The position numbers were made by a program, and so were the translations under genes. The notes under the pieces are model-generated. The model was not told the DNA's origin. It searched no databases and was given only the letters and a program-made list of their open reading frames with translations. Shown one piece after another: positions 31,184 through 40,059 of a stretch of 64,000 bases of DNA (positions are counted from its first letter, which is position 1; each line of letters starts with the position of its first letter). This DNA is from Alphaproteobacteria bacterium (GTDB lineage: Bacteria; Pseudomonadota; Alphaproteobacteria; CAAHEQ01; UBA3637): NCBI GenBank assembly GCA_045605805.1, contig JAZUQR010000026.1, forward strand, positions 6,101 to 70,100. Direction: 5' to 3'.

Positions 31184-32569
31184 ATGAAAGATATCAATCA
31201 CAATCTGTTTGAAAAAGCGGGGGTTCAAAAGGCCTTTTGGACTTTGGTTTTGCCAACGATTATAAGCCAATTGATTGGTGTTGTGTATAATATGACCGAT
31301 TCTTTTTGGATTGGGCAAATGAATATACCGGCCCAAATTGCTGCCGCCACAATATGCGTGCCAACCTTTTTGTTTATATTGGGTATAGCCAACTTGTTCG
31401 GCATAGGTGGGGCCAGTCTGATTGCCCGCTGTTTGGGTAAAAAAGAATTGAATAAAGCCAAATCGGCCTGTGCGTTCAGCCTTTGGTCTGCCATTGGCAT
31501 CGCTGTGTTTTATGGCATTACTTTCGCTTTTTTTGAACAGCCAATTCTGTTTGCCATTGGGGCAACACCGGAGACATATATTTATTGCCAGCAATATGTT
31601 TTGTGGACGGTGATTATTGGTTCCATACCAGCCACATTAAGCACCGTTTTTGCCCATCTTGTGCGCTCGGAAGGATATGCCAAACAAGCCAGTATAGGGA
31701 TGATTTTTGGGCTTATTTTGAACATTATTTTGGATCCGATTTTCATCTTCTTCTTAAAAATGGAAATAACAGGGGCAGCCTTGGCCACTTTCTTGTCAAT
31801 GTCTGCCGGATGTGGGTATTTTTTGTGGTTTATGTCCCATTTGCCCAAAGCAAGTGTTTTAACAATATCTCCACGCTATTATCGGGCAGGGGATAAAATA
31901 GCATCCGAAGTGTTGTTGGTGGGGTTTCCCAGTGCATTGATGAGTTGGATGGCAATGCTGTCCGGAGTTGTGTTAAATGTTTTAACGGCCAGTTATTCCA
32001 CCGTTGTGGTGGCTGGCATGGGCATCGCTAAACGCTTGGATATGGTCATTTTTGCCATTTCTAATGGAATAGGGCAAGGTGTTTTGCCATTGATTTCCTA
32101 TAATTATGCCGCCAAAAACTATGCACGCATGAAAGCGGCCATTAAAATAACATTGCTTTACAGTGTGTGCTTTGCTTTTTTAATTACGGGCTATTTGTTT
32201 TTCGGGGCCCATTGGACAACACAATTGTTTATTGAAGATGCCGAAACGGTGGCGTACGGCAAACAGTTTTTGCAAATCATTTGTTTAACTTGTCCGTGTG
32301 TCGCCATTACATTGGTGATGATGACAATCTTCCAAGCCGTTGGTAAAAAAGCACAACCCACCCTGTTGTCGCTGGTGCGCAAAGGGGGGTTGGATATCCC
32401 ATTGATGTACGGCCTGAATGCGGTGATGGGTGTGACAGGTATTGCATGGGCTATTCCTGTGGAAGATGTGTTGGCTATGTTGATTGCGATCGGCTTGTTT
32501 ATTCCATTTTGGCACTCTATTCAAAAAGAAGAATGTCTTGAAACAAAAAAAGAACAACAGAAAGGATAA
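31184..32569 (+). CDS. MATE-family multidrug efflux transporter
   Basis: 12-TM MATE architecture. Start at MKDINHN after RBS gaggga. Confidence 0.75.
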   Translation: MKDINHNLFEKAGVQKAFWTLVLPTIISQLIGVVYNMTDSFWIGQMNIPAQIAAATICVPTFLFILGIANLFGIGGASLIARCLGKKELNKAKSACAFSLWSAIGIAVFYGITFAFFEQPILFAIGATPETYIYCQQYVLWTVIIGSIPATLSTVFAHLVRSEGYAKQASIGMIFGLILNIILDPIFIFFLKMEITGAALATFLSMSAGCGYFLWFMSHLPKASVLTISPRYYRAGDKIASEVLLVGFPSALMSWMAMLSGVVLNVLTASYSTVVVAGMGIAKRLDMVIFAISNGIGQGVLPLISYNYAAKNYARMKAAIKITLLYSVCFAFLITGYLFFGAHWTTQLFIEDAETVAYGKQFLQIICLTCPCVAITLVMMTIFQAVGKKAQPTLLSLVRKGGLDIPLMYGLNAVMGVTGIAWAIPVEDVLAMLIAIGLFIPFWHSIQKEECLETKKEQQKG

Positions 32570-32571
32570 CA

Positions 32572-33315
32572 ATGAATACAAAAGCCCAACAGCTAAGCCA
32601 AGAAATAGAAGTACGTTATTCGGATATGGATTTGGATAAGAACTTGAAAATGACTTCTGTTTTAAGTTTTTTTCAAGATATTGCAACCGCAAGTGCCGAA
32701 AAACTTGGTTTTGGTCATAGCTATACCTTTCCCAAAAAGATGATGTGGGTCCTGTTGAAATATCGCATAGAAATCAAAGAGTACCCAACCGAACGGGCAA
32801 AGTTGACTCTGATAACCGAACCAAGAGGATGTAATAAGTTTTTTGCTTTTCGTAATTTTCAATTATTTGAACAGAATCGCTTGATTGCGCAAGCCTCGTC
32901 AACTTGGGCGTTGGTCAATTTTGAAACAATGGAGATTATAGGTGTGGAAAACGCCTGTGCCGAAGTGCCAACAATGCAAAAGTTTGTGCCAAACGAAACA
33001 GATTTGAAATATGATAAAATCCCCCCTTTAACACAAACAGATTATGAAGAAACATTTACCGTACGCTATGCCGATTTGGATATCAACCATCACGCCAATA
33101 ATACCCGCTATATTGAATGGGCGTTGGAACCGCTGCCATATGAATATAAAAGACAACATAAATTAAAAAATGTGGATATCGTTTATAAAAAAGAAATTAA
33201 ATATGGGGAAAAATTGGTGTCCAAAGTTCAAATGGTGGATGAAAAAACTACAGTGCATGTGGTGCAAAATGCCGAAAATGGCCAAGATTTGTGCTATCTG
33301 AAATGCGAATGGTAA
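32572..33315 (+). CDS. Acyl-ACP thioesterase (FatA/B-like hotdog pair)
   Basis: ~247 aa with two hotdog halves. 'YSDMDLDKNLKMTS' and 'RYADLDINHHANN' halves. Confidence 0.7.
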   Translation: MNTKAQQLSQEIEVRYSDMDLDKNLKMTSVLSFFQDIATASAEKLGFGHSYTFPKKMMWVLLKYRIEIKEYPTERAKLTLITEPRGCNKFFAFRNFQLFEQNRLIAQASSTWALVNFETMEIIGVENACAEVPTMQKFVPNETDLKYDKIPPLTQTDYEETFTVRYADLDINHHANNTRYIEWALEPLPYEYKRQHKLKNVDIVYKKEIKYGEKLVSKVQMVDEKTTVHVVQNAENGQDLCYLKCEW

Positions 33316-33398
33316 AAGTGTGACATCAAGGAAAAGGTAAAAATAGGAAAATAATCCTTTGCTTTTTCTTCAAAATGTGCTATACTTCGTTTCGGTTA

Positions 33399-33570
33399 GG
33401 GTGACCAGTCAGATTTCAAAAGTGACCAGCCCCCGATTTTTGAAAATAGTATAAGTATTTGATATTACTGTATTTTTATGCGGCCAGTGACGAGACCGAT
33501 TTTTTCTGTTTCGCTAAAAAAATGGCGCGGCTTGTGTCCCCGAATATGAATTATCACCAGGAAGGATCCG
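33399..33570. repeat. Conserved ~170-bp non-coding element, copy A (GTGACCAG iterons plus conserved core 'ttcgcta.aaa.atggcgcggcttg.gtccccg.atatgaa...ccaggaagga')
   Basis: Aligns at ~75% identity with 51152-51318, same orientation. Confidence 0.6.
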
Positions 33571-33633
33571 GTGGCATATTTCCCCCCTAAAAAGGATTGG
33601 CTCTCTATACCCAAACGGCAGTTATGGCCATGT

Positions 33634-33966
33634 TCATATCTGTTGGATTTCAATCCCCAGCACGCCATATTTTTGTTGAGAATCAGGTGTATAAAATTCT
33701 TGTAAAACCGTAATCAATTCTTCTTTGGATGTAAAACCTGCCTGTTCCGGTGTGATAATTTGGCATAGTTTATCAAAACTTTCGGCCCTGTGCAGGTTTA
33801 TGACCCGAGCAACAAAGGAATCATTTGTATCAGATAAATTAGAAAACACAATCTTATCCCCTATTTTTATTTGTTGCCTTTTTTCGTCAAACAACCTAAG
33901 CTCAACAACTTTTTTACCTGATTTTAACAGATTGTAATACTTTGTTTGGACTTTCATATGATGCAT
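33634..33966 (-). CDS. ASCH-domain protein (YqfB-like)
   Basis: 'LKSGKKVVELRL...IKIGDKIVF' and C-terminal 'YGVLGIEIQ' parallel E. coli YqfB architecture. Confidence 0.55.
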   Translation of the reverse strand: MHHMKVQTKYYNLLKSGKKVVELRLFDEKRQQIKIGDKIVFSNLSDTNDSFVARVINLHRAESFDKLCQIITPEQAGFTSKEELITVLQEFYTPDSQQKYGVLGIEIQQI

Positions 33967-34038
33967 AATTTTTCTCCTTGAAAAGACTTATATTTTAAGA
34001 TATACTATAAAAAACAGTATGCATTAAAGGATACAAAT

Positions 34039-34563
34039 ATGCAAATAAAAACTTTTCATTCTTTTCACAAAGAGCATAAAAAGTTATACGAAGATATTTT
34101 AAGTTTAACTTATTCTGTCAATGATACTTACCCACAATATTCAACTTGGTTTAAAGAAAAGTTTTTACCAGACCTTAAAAATAAAAAAAGGATGTATATC
34201 GTTGCACAGGATGAAAGCGGAAAATTAGTTGGTTGTGTTTTGATTAAAAACACCGAAGAAGAAAAGAAAATTTGTACATTATTGGTTCATCCGGATTATC
34301 GCAAACAAGGTGTTGGTGAAAAACTGATGGAACAAACTTTATCAGAATTAGGTGAGCACCCTTTGATAACCGTTTCTGATAGAAATATAGCACAACTAAC
34401 TCCTCTTTTAAGAAAAAAAGGTTTTCATTTATCGGCAGTTAAAAAAGGGGCTTATCGTCCAGAAGACACAGAGTATTATTTTAACGATAAAAAAGCAGAT
34501 GCTATAAAAAACGGTCTTATTCCCGTTTTAATCAAAAGAATGAATAAATTACGTCAAAAATAA
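34039..34563 (+). CDS. GNAT-family N-acetyltransferase
   Basis: Motif A 'LLVHPDYRKQGVGEKLMEQ'. Confidence 0.7.
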   Translation: MQIKTFHSFHKEHKKLYEDILSLTYSVNDTYPQYSTWFKEKFLPDLKNKKRMYIVAQDESGKLVGCVLIKNTEEEKKICTLLVHPDYRKQGVGEKLMEQTLSELGEHPLITVSDRNIAQLTPLLRKKGFHLSAVKKGAYRPEDTEYYFNDKKADAIKNGLIPVLIKRMNKLRQK

Positions 34564-34591
34564 ATATTTTTCATCGCCTCATTTCAGGCAC

Positions 34592-34633
34592 GAAAAAAGC
34601 CCGTTTCAAACGGGCTGAATCTTAAATTGGTGG
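34592..34633. repeat. 42-bp direct repeat identical to 53901-53942 (tRNA-Ala 3' end plus terminator hairpin); putative att site, left island boundary
   Basis: Exact 42/42 match. Sequences diverge immediately outside. Confidence 0.7.
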
Positions 34634-34813
34634 TGTTACTTGATTTTTGAACGAAAAGGATGCATTTGTCCTTTGCTTTTGGGGCATTTTGCAAATGACT
34701 TGTATGCAAAAATAGTGTTGCTTATCGTCAAAAATGCACCTTTTCAAAATATAAGTTGATAAATCTGTAAATAAGAGCATGTATGGTGATCTCCTCAATT
34801 GAAAGGAGAATAC

Positions 34814-34909
34814 ATGGAAAAACAACTTAAACTCTTGGCTCAAATCATCCTGCCAACGCTCTTAACCGTATTGAAAGATAATAAAAAAAATAAAAAACAC
34901 CGATCTTAA
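34814..34909 (+). CDS. Possible 31-aa hydrophobic/Lys-tailed small peptide
   Basis: Strong RBS gaaaggagaatacATG. 'MEKQLKLLAQIILPTLLTVLKDNKKNKKHRS'. Confidence 0.2.
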   Translation: MEKQLKLLAQIILPTLLTVLKDNKKNKKHRS

Positions 34910-34926
34910 GCCAAAAAAGGATACCT

Positions 34927-35397
34927 CTACTTTTCGGTTTTTTTATAGAGAATAAAGTGAGGTAATTTATCCATATCTATATAATTAAACATTTTATAAT
35001 TAGCTCGTCTGGCTTCAGGAGATAAGGTGTACTTTCTTAAATGATCCTTAGGGACGAAAGGATAGAACCAAATCTCATGATGTGAAACACCTTTTTCTTT
35101 CCATTTAAAATTGAGAATTAACAACGGAGGTAAAATCCCAGCTTTCAAAACTTTTTCCATAATGTCCCAACCGGCTCCACGAACAACGGATGAAGGTTTA
35201 TGGTTAGCACTTTTAATTTGGGCGCGAAAATTACAGCCAGTACATTGAATATCACACAGCGGATAATTGTTTGGTAAAAGCATTAACTTTTTACCGCCAT
35301 TAGGACAACAGACCAAATCTACAACTTCTTGTTCCCCAAGCTTTCCATTTTCCTGGTTAATTGACATTTCTACCTCCATATCTGTTGTTATATACAT
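34927..35397 (-). CDS. Hypothetical protein with Cys-cluster (CC-x11-C-x3-C-x2-C, zinc-ribbon-like)
   Basis: ORF with 'CCPNGGKKLMLLPNNYPLCDIQCTGC'. Confidence 0.4.
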   Translation of the reverse strand: MYITTDMEVEMSINQENGKLGEQEVVDLVCCPNGGKKLMLLPNNYPLCDIQCTGCNFRAQIKSANHKPSSVVRGAGWDIMEKVLKAGILPPLLILNFKWKEKGVSHHEIWFYPFVPKDHLRKYTLSPEARRANYKMFNYIDMDKLPHFILYKKTEK

Positions 35398-35508
35398 AAT
35401 AACAGCTGAAAGTTTTAGAATTTACAATATTATTCAAAAATTTTTCTATTTCACTGGACTTCTTCGTTTTTCCAAGCATTCATTGTAATGTAACGAAAGG
35501 AGTTTATT

Positions 35509-35763
35509 ATGAATACAGTTAAAGTTTATTTGGTGCGAAAACCTTTGGATTTTGAAGAAGTAAAAAACTTATGCAAAAAGTATGCGCATAAGGCCGAAGA
35601 GATCTTAATTGAAGAAACTGTCAACCTACCACCAACTTGGTATGAGGAGTTTTGCCAACGCCCATTGGATAACTACATTTTCTTATCCGGTAAAGGCGGT
35701 TATGATGATTTAGGCCACCGCAAAGTAGTTGCTATAAAATGCCTAGGCAAGCCAACGCTCTAG
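35509..35763 (+). CDS. Small protein family A (paralog of 50738-51046); ends at an in-frame TAG
   Basis: RBS aaaggag. 'YIFLSGKGGY' shared with paralog. Confidence 0.55.
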   Translation: MNTVKVYLVRKPLDFEEVKNLCKKYAHKAEEILIEETVNLPPTWYEEFCQRPLDNYIFLSGKGGYDDLGHRKVVAIKCLGKPTL

Positions 35764-35809
35764 GTTGATCCTTCCGGCTCAAGCTATTGCCGATATATGG
35801 GAGTAGAAA

Positions 35810-36046
35810 ATGAAAAATTATAATGACATTCCTCCAAATTACAAAATCAGCATGCCGATGGTTTATAACCACGCAATTAGAGTACTTGATAGGCTGGATA
35901 GACGACTGAGCAGACTTAACACCCCAGCGCTACCGATTAAATACAAATACGAAATCAATCGTCTAGAACATAAACTGGAACAAATGGTCGCTAAATACAA
36001 AGCCATTGAAAAGGAGTTGGAATATGTCCGAACCAAAATATCCTGA
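35810..36046 (+). CDS. Hypothetical small coiled-coil protein
   Basis: RBS gggagtag. Absent from the paralogous cassette. Confidence 0.3.
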   Translation: MKNYNDIPPNYKISMPMVYNHAIRVLDRLDRRLSRLNTPALPIKYKYEINRLEHKLEQMVAKYKAIEKELEYVRTKIS

Positions 36047-36227
36047 GATAACTGTGCACCTGGCAGGTGAAAATGGGAATGCTTTTTATATTTTAGGCAA
36101 ATGTCGTTCGGCGATGAGGCGTGCTAACATCTCCAAAGAAGAACAAGATGAATTTTACCGCCAAGCCACCGCCAGCGACTATAATCACTTATTCATCACC
36201 TGTATGGAATGGTTTAATGTAGAATAG
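36024..36227 (+). CDS. Small protein family B (paralog of 50530-50727)
   Basis: RBS aaggag. 'KYPEITVHLAGENGNAFYILG' conserved with paralog 'KYPDIIVQLTGKDGNAFNILG'. Confidence 0.55.
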   Translation: MSEPKYPEITVHLAGENGNAFYILGKCRSAMRRANISKEEQDEFYRQATASDYNHLFITCMEWFNVE

Positions 36228-36292
36228 GTCTATTTTTCTTGATTTTTTATGAATTAAAGGATATGCTGATTAAAAATCAGGAGGAAATAGCT

Positions 36293-37216
36293 ATGCAACC
36301 CAAATTTTTACATTCTTTTGTGACGCGTTCTCATAAAGGCGTTTATGGCATTATTCGGAAAAATAATCAGATTTTACTCATCCGTAAAGCACGTGGTCCC
36401 TATACAGGGCTTTATGATTTGCCCGGTGGAAGTCCGGAAGCTGATGAAACACCTGAACAAACAGTGGCTCGTGAAATCAAAGAAGAAACAAATTGTGATT
36501 TAATTTCTTGCACCAACCAACGTGAAAAAACAATTTTCTTTTCCAAATTTACCAAAGAAAGTGGAGAAGAAGGCTGTATGCAACACACGGGGATTTTGTT
36601 TGATGTTAAGGTGGCGGGTGAACCCACAACCCAAGGGGATGGATTAGATTCCAATGGAGCTGTTTGGGTAGATATCAATACTTTATCCAGTCAAAATGCA
36701 ACACCTTTTGTTTTAATGGGCTGTGGTAAGGAAGTTATCAATTTAGCCAATGAAGAGGATTACCCTGTGGATGTCGCTGTGCGTGGGGAACCTATCCCCG
36801 AAGGAAGGTGTCCCATGATTGCAGGTCTCTTTTTGTTCAACTCTAAAGGCAATATTATTTTGCAGAAAGTGGCTTTATCAAAGAAAACAGATCCGGGGAA
36901 ATGGAGTTATTCTGCTGCTGGGCATGTGGATGCTGGTGAAACTTATGAACAGGCTGCCTTACGTGAATTAAGCGAAGAAATGGGAATTAAGGCCTCCGGC
37001 ATAACCTTTGTTGGAAAAGGCCATATATTAAAGAACGGCAATCCTCGTGCTTTTCATCATGTATTCAAGGTGATTTCTGATGATAAGATTACTTTTGAAC
37101 CGACCGAGGTAGCCGAAGTTAAAGAATGGACTATTCCGGAATTAAAAGAGCAAATAGGGACTCACCCCGAACAATTCAAAGATATTTTTGCCCAAATTTT
37201 TATGGAGGTCTTTTAA
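36293..37216 (+). CDS. Tandem (double) Nudix hydrolase
   Basis: Two Nudix boxes: 'GGSPEADETPEQTVAREIKEETNCD' and 'GHVDAGETYEQAALRELSEEMGI'. Confidence 0.75.
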   Translation: MQPKFLHSFVTRSHKGVYGIIRKNNQILLIRKARGPYTGLYDLPGGSPEADETPEQTVAREIKEETNCDLISCTNQREKTIFFSKFTKESGEEGCMQHTGILFDVKVAGEPTTQGDGLDSNGAVWVDINTLSSQNATPFVLMGCGKEVINLANEEDYPVDVAVRGEPIPEGRCPMIAGLFLFNSKGNIILQKVALSKKTDPGKWSYSAAGHVDAGETYEQAALRELSEEMGIKASGITFVGKGHILKNGNPRAFHHVFKVISDDKITFEPTEVAEVKEWTIPELKEQIGTHPEQFKDIFAQIFMEVF

Positions 37217-37229
37217 TCAAGGAGGAAAC

Positions 37230-37664
37230 ATGTCAGGACCAGAAAGATTTAAAGTACCCGTTGGGATTTTTATAATGCTACGTCAAGACGATAAAGTTTT
37301 GTTGCAGCTGAGGCAAAATTGCTCGTTCAGTGGATATTGGGGATTCGTTGGTGGCCATTTGGATGGAAATGAACAGATCATCTCTGCCGCTATTCGTGAA
37401 GCAAAAGAGGAAGTCGGGGTGGATATTTTACCGGACGATTTGACCTTAAAGACCATTTGCCACAGTAATAAAGGCGAAGAGTACCTGCAATTTTATTTTG
37501 AATGTCGCAAGTGGTTAGGTGAAATTGAAAATAAGGAGCCCCACAAATGCGAACGCTTGGAATGGCATGAATGGAATAAGCTCCCTGAGCATACTTGTCC
37601 CTATTTGAAGGAAGCAGTAAGCAAAATCAATTCAGGAATTTCTTTTTACGAGGATACTTTTTAA
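37230..37664 (+). CDS. Nudix hydrolase
   Basis: 'GGHLDGNEQIISAAIREAKEEVGVD'. RBS aaggagg. Confidence 0.75.
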   Translation: MSGPERFKVPVGIFIMLRQDDKVLLQLRQNCSFSGYWGFVGGHLDGNEQIISAAIREAKEEVGVDILPDDLTLKTICHSNKGEEYLQFYFECRKWLGEIENKEPHKCERLEWHEWNKLPEHTCPYLKEAVSKINSGISFYEDTF

Positions 37665-38254
37665 TGCTGAATAAACTTATTTACTTAACGACAAATCCTC
37701 ATAAAGTTCAAGAAGCCAATGAATTTCTTATTAAGAAATATGGGTTTAATTTGGAAATCATGAAACCTTCTTTTGAAGTGCTGGAGATTCAAGCAAAAAC
37801 TTGTGGCGAGGTTGCGAAATTTAGCGCTAAGTATGGGGCTGAAAAACTGGGAGTTCCGGTTTTGAAATCCGATTCAGGACTTTATATCGAAGCATTGGGC
37901 GGTTTGCCAGGACCTTATAATGCCTATTTTGACAAGCAAATAGGAACAGAAAAGTTTTTGGATATGATGAAAGATATCCCAAATAGGCATGCTAAATTGG
38001 AACATTGTTTTGCTTATTGTGAGCCAGGACAAGAACCCATCTTGTTTACAGGGGGAAGTACGGGGCGTATTTCTTATGAAGCCAAAGGAGAGAAAGGGCG
38101 TTGGCATGACAAGTTTTATATCCCTGATGGGGAAGAAAAAACACTCAGCGAATTACGCGCCATCAACCATGAATATGAGGCACAATTTTGGGGACATGCC
38201 TTGGATGACTTTGCAAAATGGTACAAAGAAAAATTAGAAAAGGATAAAATTTAG
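37664..38254 (+). CDS. Ham1/Maf-superfamily non-canonical purine NTP pyrophosphatase (ITPase-like)
   Basis: 'LTTNPHKVQEAN' and 'SDSGLYIEALGGLPGPYNAYF' motifs. TAATG overlap with upstream gene. Confidence 0.7.
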   Translation: MLNKLIYLTTNPHKVQEANEFLIKKYGFNLEIMKPSFEVLEIQAKTCGEVAKFSAKYGAEKLGVPVLKSDSGLYIEALGGLPGPYNAYFDKQIGTEKFLDMMKDIPNRHAKLEHCFAYCEPGQEPILFTGGSTGRISYEAKGEKGRWHDKFYIPDGEEKTLSELRAINHEYEAQFWGHALDDFAKWYKEKLEKDKI

Positions 38255-38268
38255 TGAAAGGATAACAA

Positions 38269-38850
38269 ATGCAATTACCAGAACAAATTGAATCAGAACG
38301 GATTATTTTAAAGCACCCTATGAAACCGACCTTTAAATTGGCTGAGGAGCTTTACGCGATTGTGGATAAATCCAGAAATACTTTAAGCGAATGGCTCCCT
38401 TGGGTGGATAAAACGAACTCTGTAGAGGATGAATTTACTGGATATCTGGTGAGTCTGAATCAAAAACATTGGGATGAAGGAAATGGTTTCGGTTATCTTA
38501 TTTATCAAAAGGAAACAAATCAGATTTTAGGCGTTGTGGATTTATGCCATGTTGAGGAAAAACATCAATCCGCCGAAATCGGGTATTGGCTCTCTGATGA
38601 CGCAACAGGTCATGGGTATATGCAAGAGGCTGTGCGTGCGTTGGAAAGCGAGGCCTTTCAAAATGGACTTAACCGGATTATCATCAGAAATGATACTTTG
38701 AATATACGCTCTGCCCATGTGGCTGAACGCTGTGGTTATATTTTGGAAGGTGTCATGCGTCAAGATTGTTGGGATGATTATCATCAGCATTTACGTAATA
38801 CCAATATCTGGAGCAAACTCAAATCCGAATGGGAGAAAGAACAAAAATGA
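38269..38850 (+). CDS. GNAT acetyltransferase (RimJ/RimL-like)
   Basis: 'IGYWLSDDATGHGYMQEAVRAL' motif. Confidence 0.7.
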   Translation: MQLPEQIESERIILKHPMKPTFKLAEELYAIVDKSRNTLSEWLPWVDKTNSVEDEFTGYLVSLNQKHWDEGNGFGYLIYQKETNQILGVVDLCHVEEKHQSAEIGYWLSDDATGHGYMQEAVRALESEAFQNGLNRIIIRNDTLNIRSAHVAERCGYILEGVMRQDCWDDYHQHLRNTNIWSKLKSEWEKEQK

Positions 38851-40058
38851 TTTCACTCAAATCAGCCCCTAGATGGTTATCTATTGCTTATGCCTTAACA
38901 TCGGCATTGTTTTGCCTGCCGACATTAATGCTTTTTTATGGGTTTAAAGGTGTTGGTATGGGGGATTTTTTCTTGATTCAAGGGATATCAAATCTCACTG
39001 TATTTTTTATGGAAGTTCCAACCGGCTATATCGGTGATTTGTTTTCCAGAAAACACACTTTAATTATCGGGGTATTGTTTTGGATCTTGGGGCATGTTAT
39101 TTGGATTTTGGGTTCAGGATTTTTCATTATTTTACTGGGGGAATTGTTATTTGCATTAGCGATTGCTTTCATTTCCGGCACGGCGGAAGCATATTTATAC
39201 GATTTATTGAAAAAACGACATAAAGAAAGTTTATTCCATAAAAAATATGCTAAAATGAAAATGTTGGATGGAATTGCTTTGATGGTGGCTACGCTGACCG
39301 GTGCTTTTATCTATCAATTTTTGGGGCCAACCATTCCGTTATACTTAACAATTTTCTGTTTAATGTTAAGTGTTGTTATTTTATGGCAATTACCGGATGT
39401 TCCCGAATCCAGACGTATTGTTGACAAAGATAAAAGCAAATGGCAGGATATTTTGGATATTTCCAAATATGCCGTTAAACATCCTGAAATAAAATGGCTG
39501 ATGCTTTTACCGGCGGTGTATGGGACATTAACGCTTATTTTGATGTGGGGATTACAATCCGTTATGGTATTTCATCAATTACCTGTATTTGTTTTCAGTT
39601 TGATTTTAGGGATAAACGCATTGATGAGAACTTTTTGGTCGGGCGTTTCCGGTCGGATATTGGAAAAAATAAACCTTTCCGGAACCATAAAATTGCAAAG
39701 TTTAATTATTATCATTGCCTCTTTGGGGGCATGTATATCGGCCTATGTTCCGTTATGGGGTGTTTATATATGTTTGGGCTTGATGATTATCGGATCAGCC
39801 TCCAGTTCTTTATCCAGTATCACAACATCTGTTTTGGTCAATCATAGGATTCAATCCAATGAACGGGCGACAATTTTATCGGTTAAATCAATGCTGGCAA
39901 AGGCTTTTCATGGGGTGGGACTTATCTGCTTGAAACCCTTGTTTGACGGAATAGGTGTCGGACCAACTTTTATGGTATCTGCCCTGCTTTTAATCCCTAT
40001 TCTGATTTGTGCAAGACACCTGTATAAGATGAAGTTAAGGATAATGAAAGGGGACTGA
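38847..40058 (+). CDS. MFS transporter
   Basis: 12 TM helices. ATGA overlap with upstream stop. Confidence 0.7.
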   Translation: MISLKSAPRWLSIAYALTSALFCLPTLMLFYGFKGVGMGDFFLIQGISNLTVFFMEVPTGYIGDLFSRKHTLIIGVLFWILGHVIWILGSGFFIILLGELLFALAIAFISGTAEAYLYDLLKKRHKESLFHKKYAKMKMLDGIALMVATLTGAFIYQFLGPTIPLYLTIFCLMLSVVILWQLPDVPESRRIVDKDKSKWQDILDISKYAVKHPEIKWLMLLPAVYGTLTLILMWGLQSVMVFHQLPVFVFSLILGINALMRTFWSGVSGRILEKINLSGTIKLQSLIIIIASLGACISAYVPLWGVYICLGLMIIGSASSSLSSITTSVLVNHRIQSNERATILSVKSMLAKAFHGVGLICLKPLFDGIGVGPTFMVSALLLIPILICARHLYKMKLRIMKGD

Positions 40059-40059
40059 T

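Noticed and set aside
33540-33575. SRP RNA-like 'ccaggaaggatccgg' motif in repeat copy A
   Set aside because: It lacks the conserved AGCAGCC/GGAA domain-IV context of 4.5S RNA, and copy B diverges at these positions.
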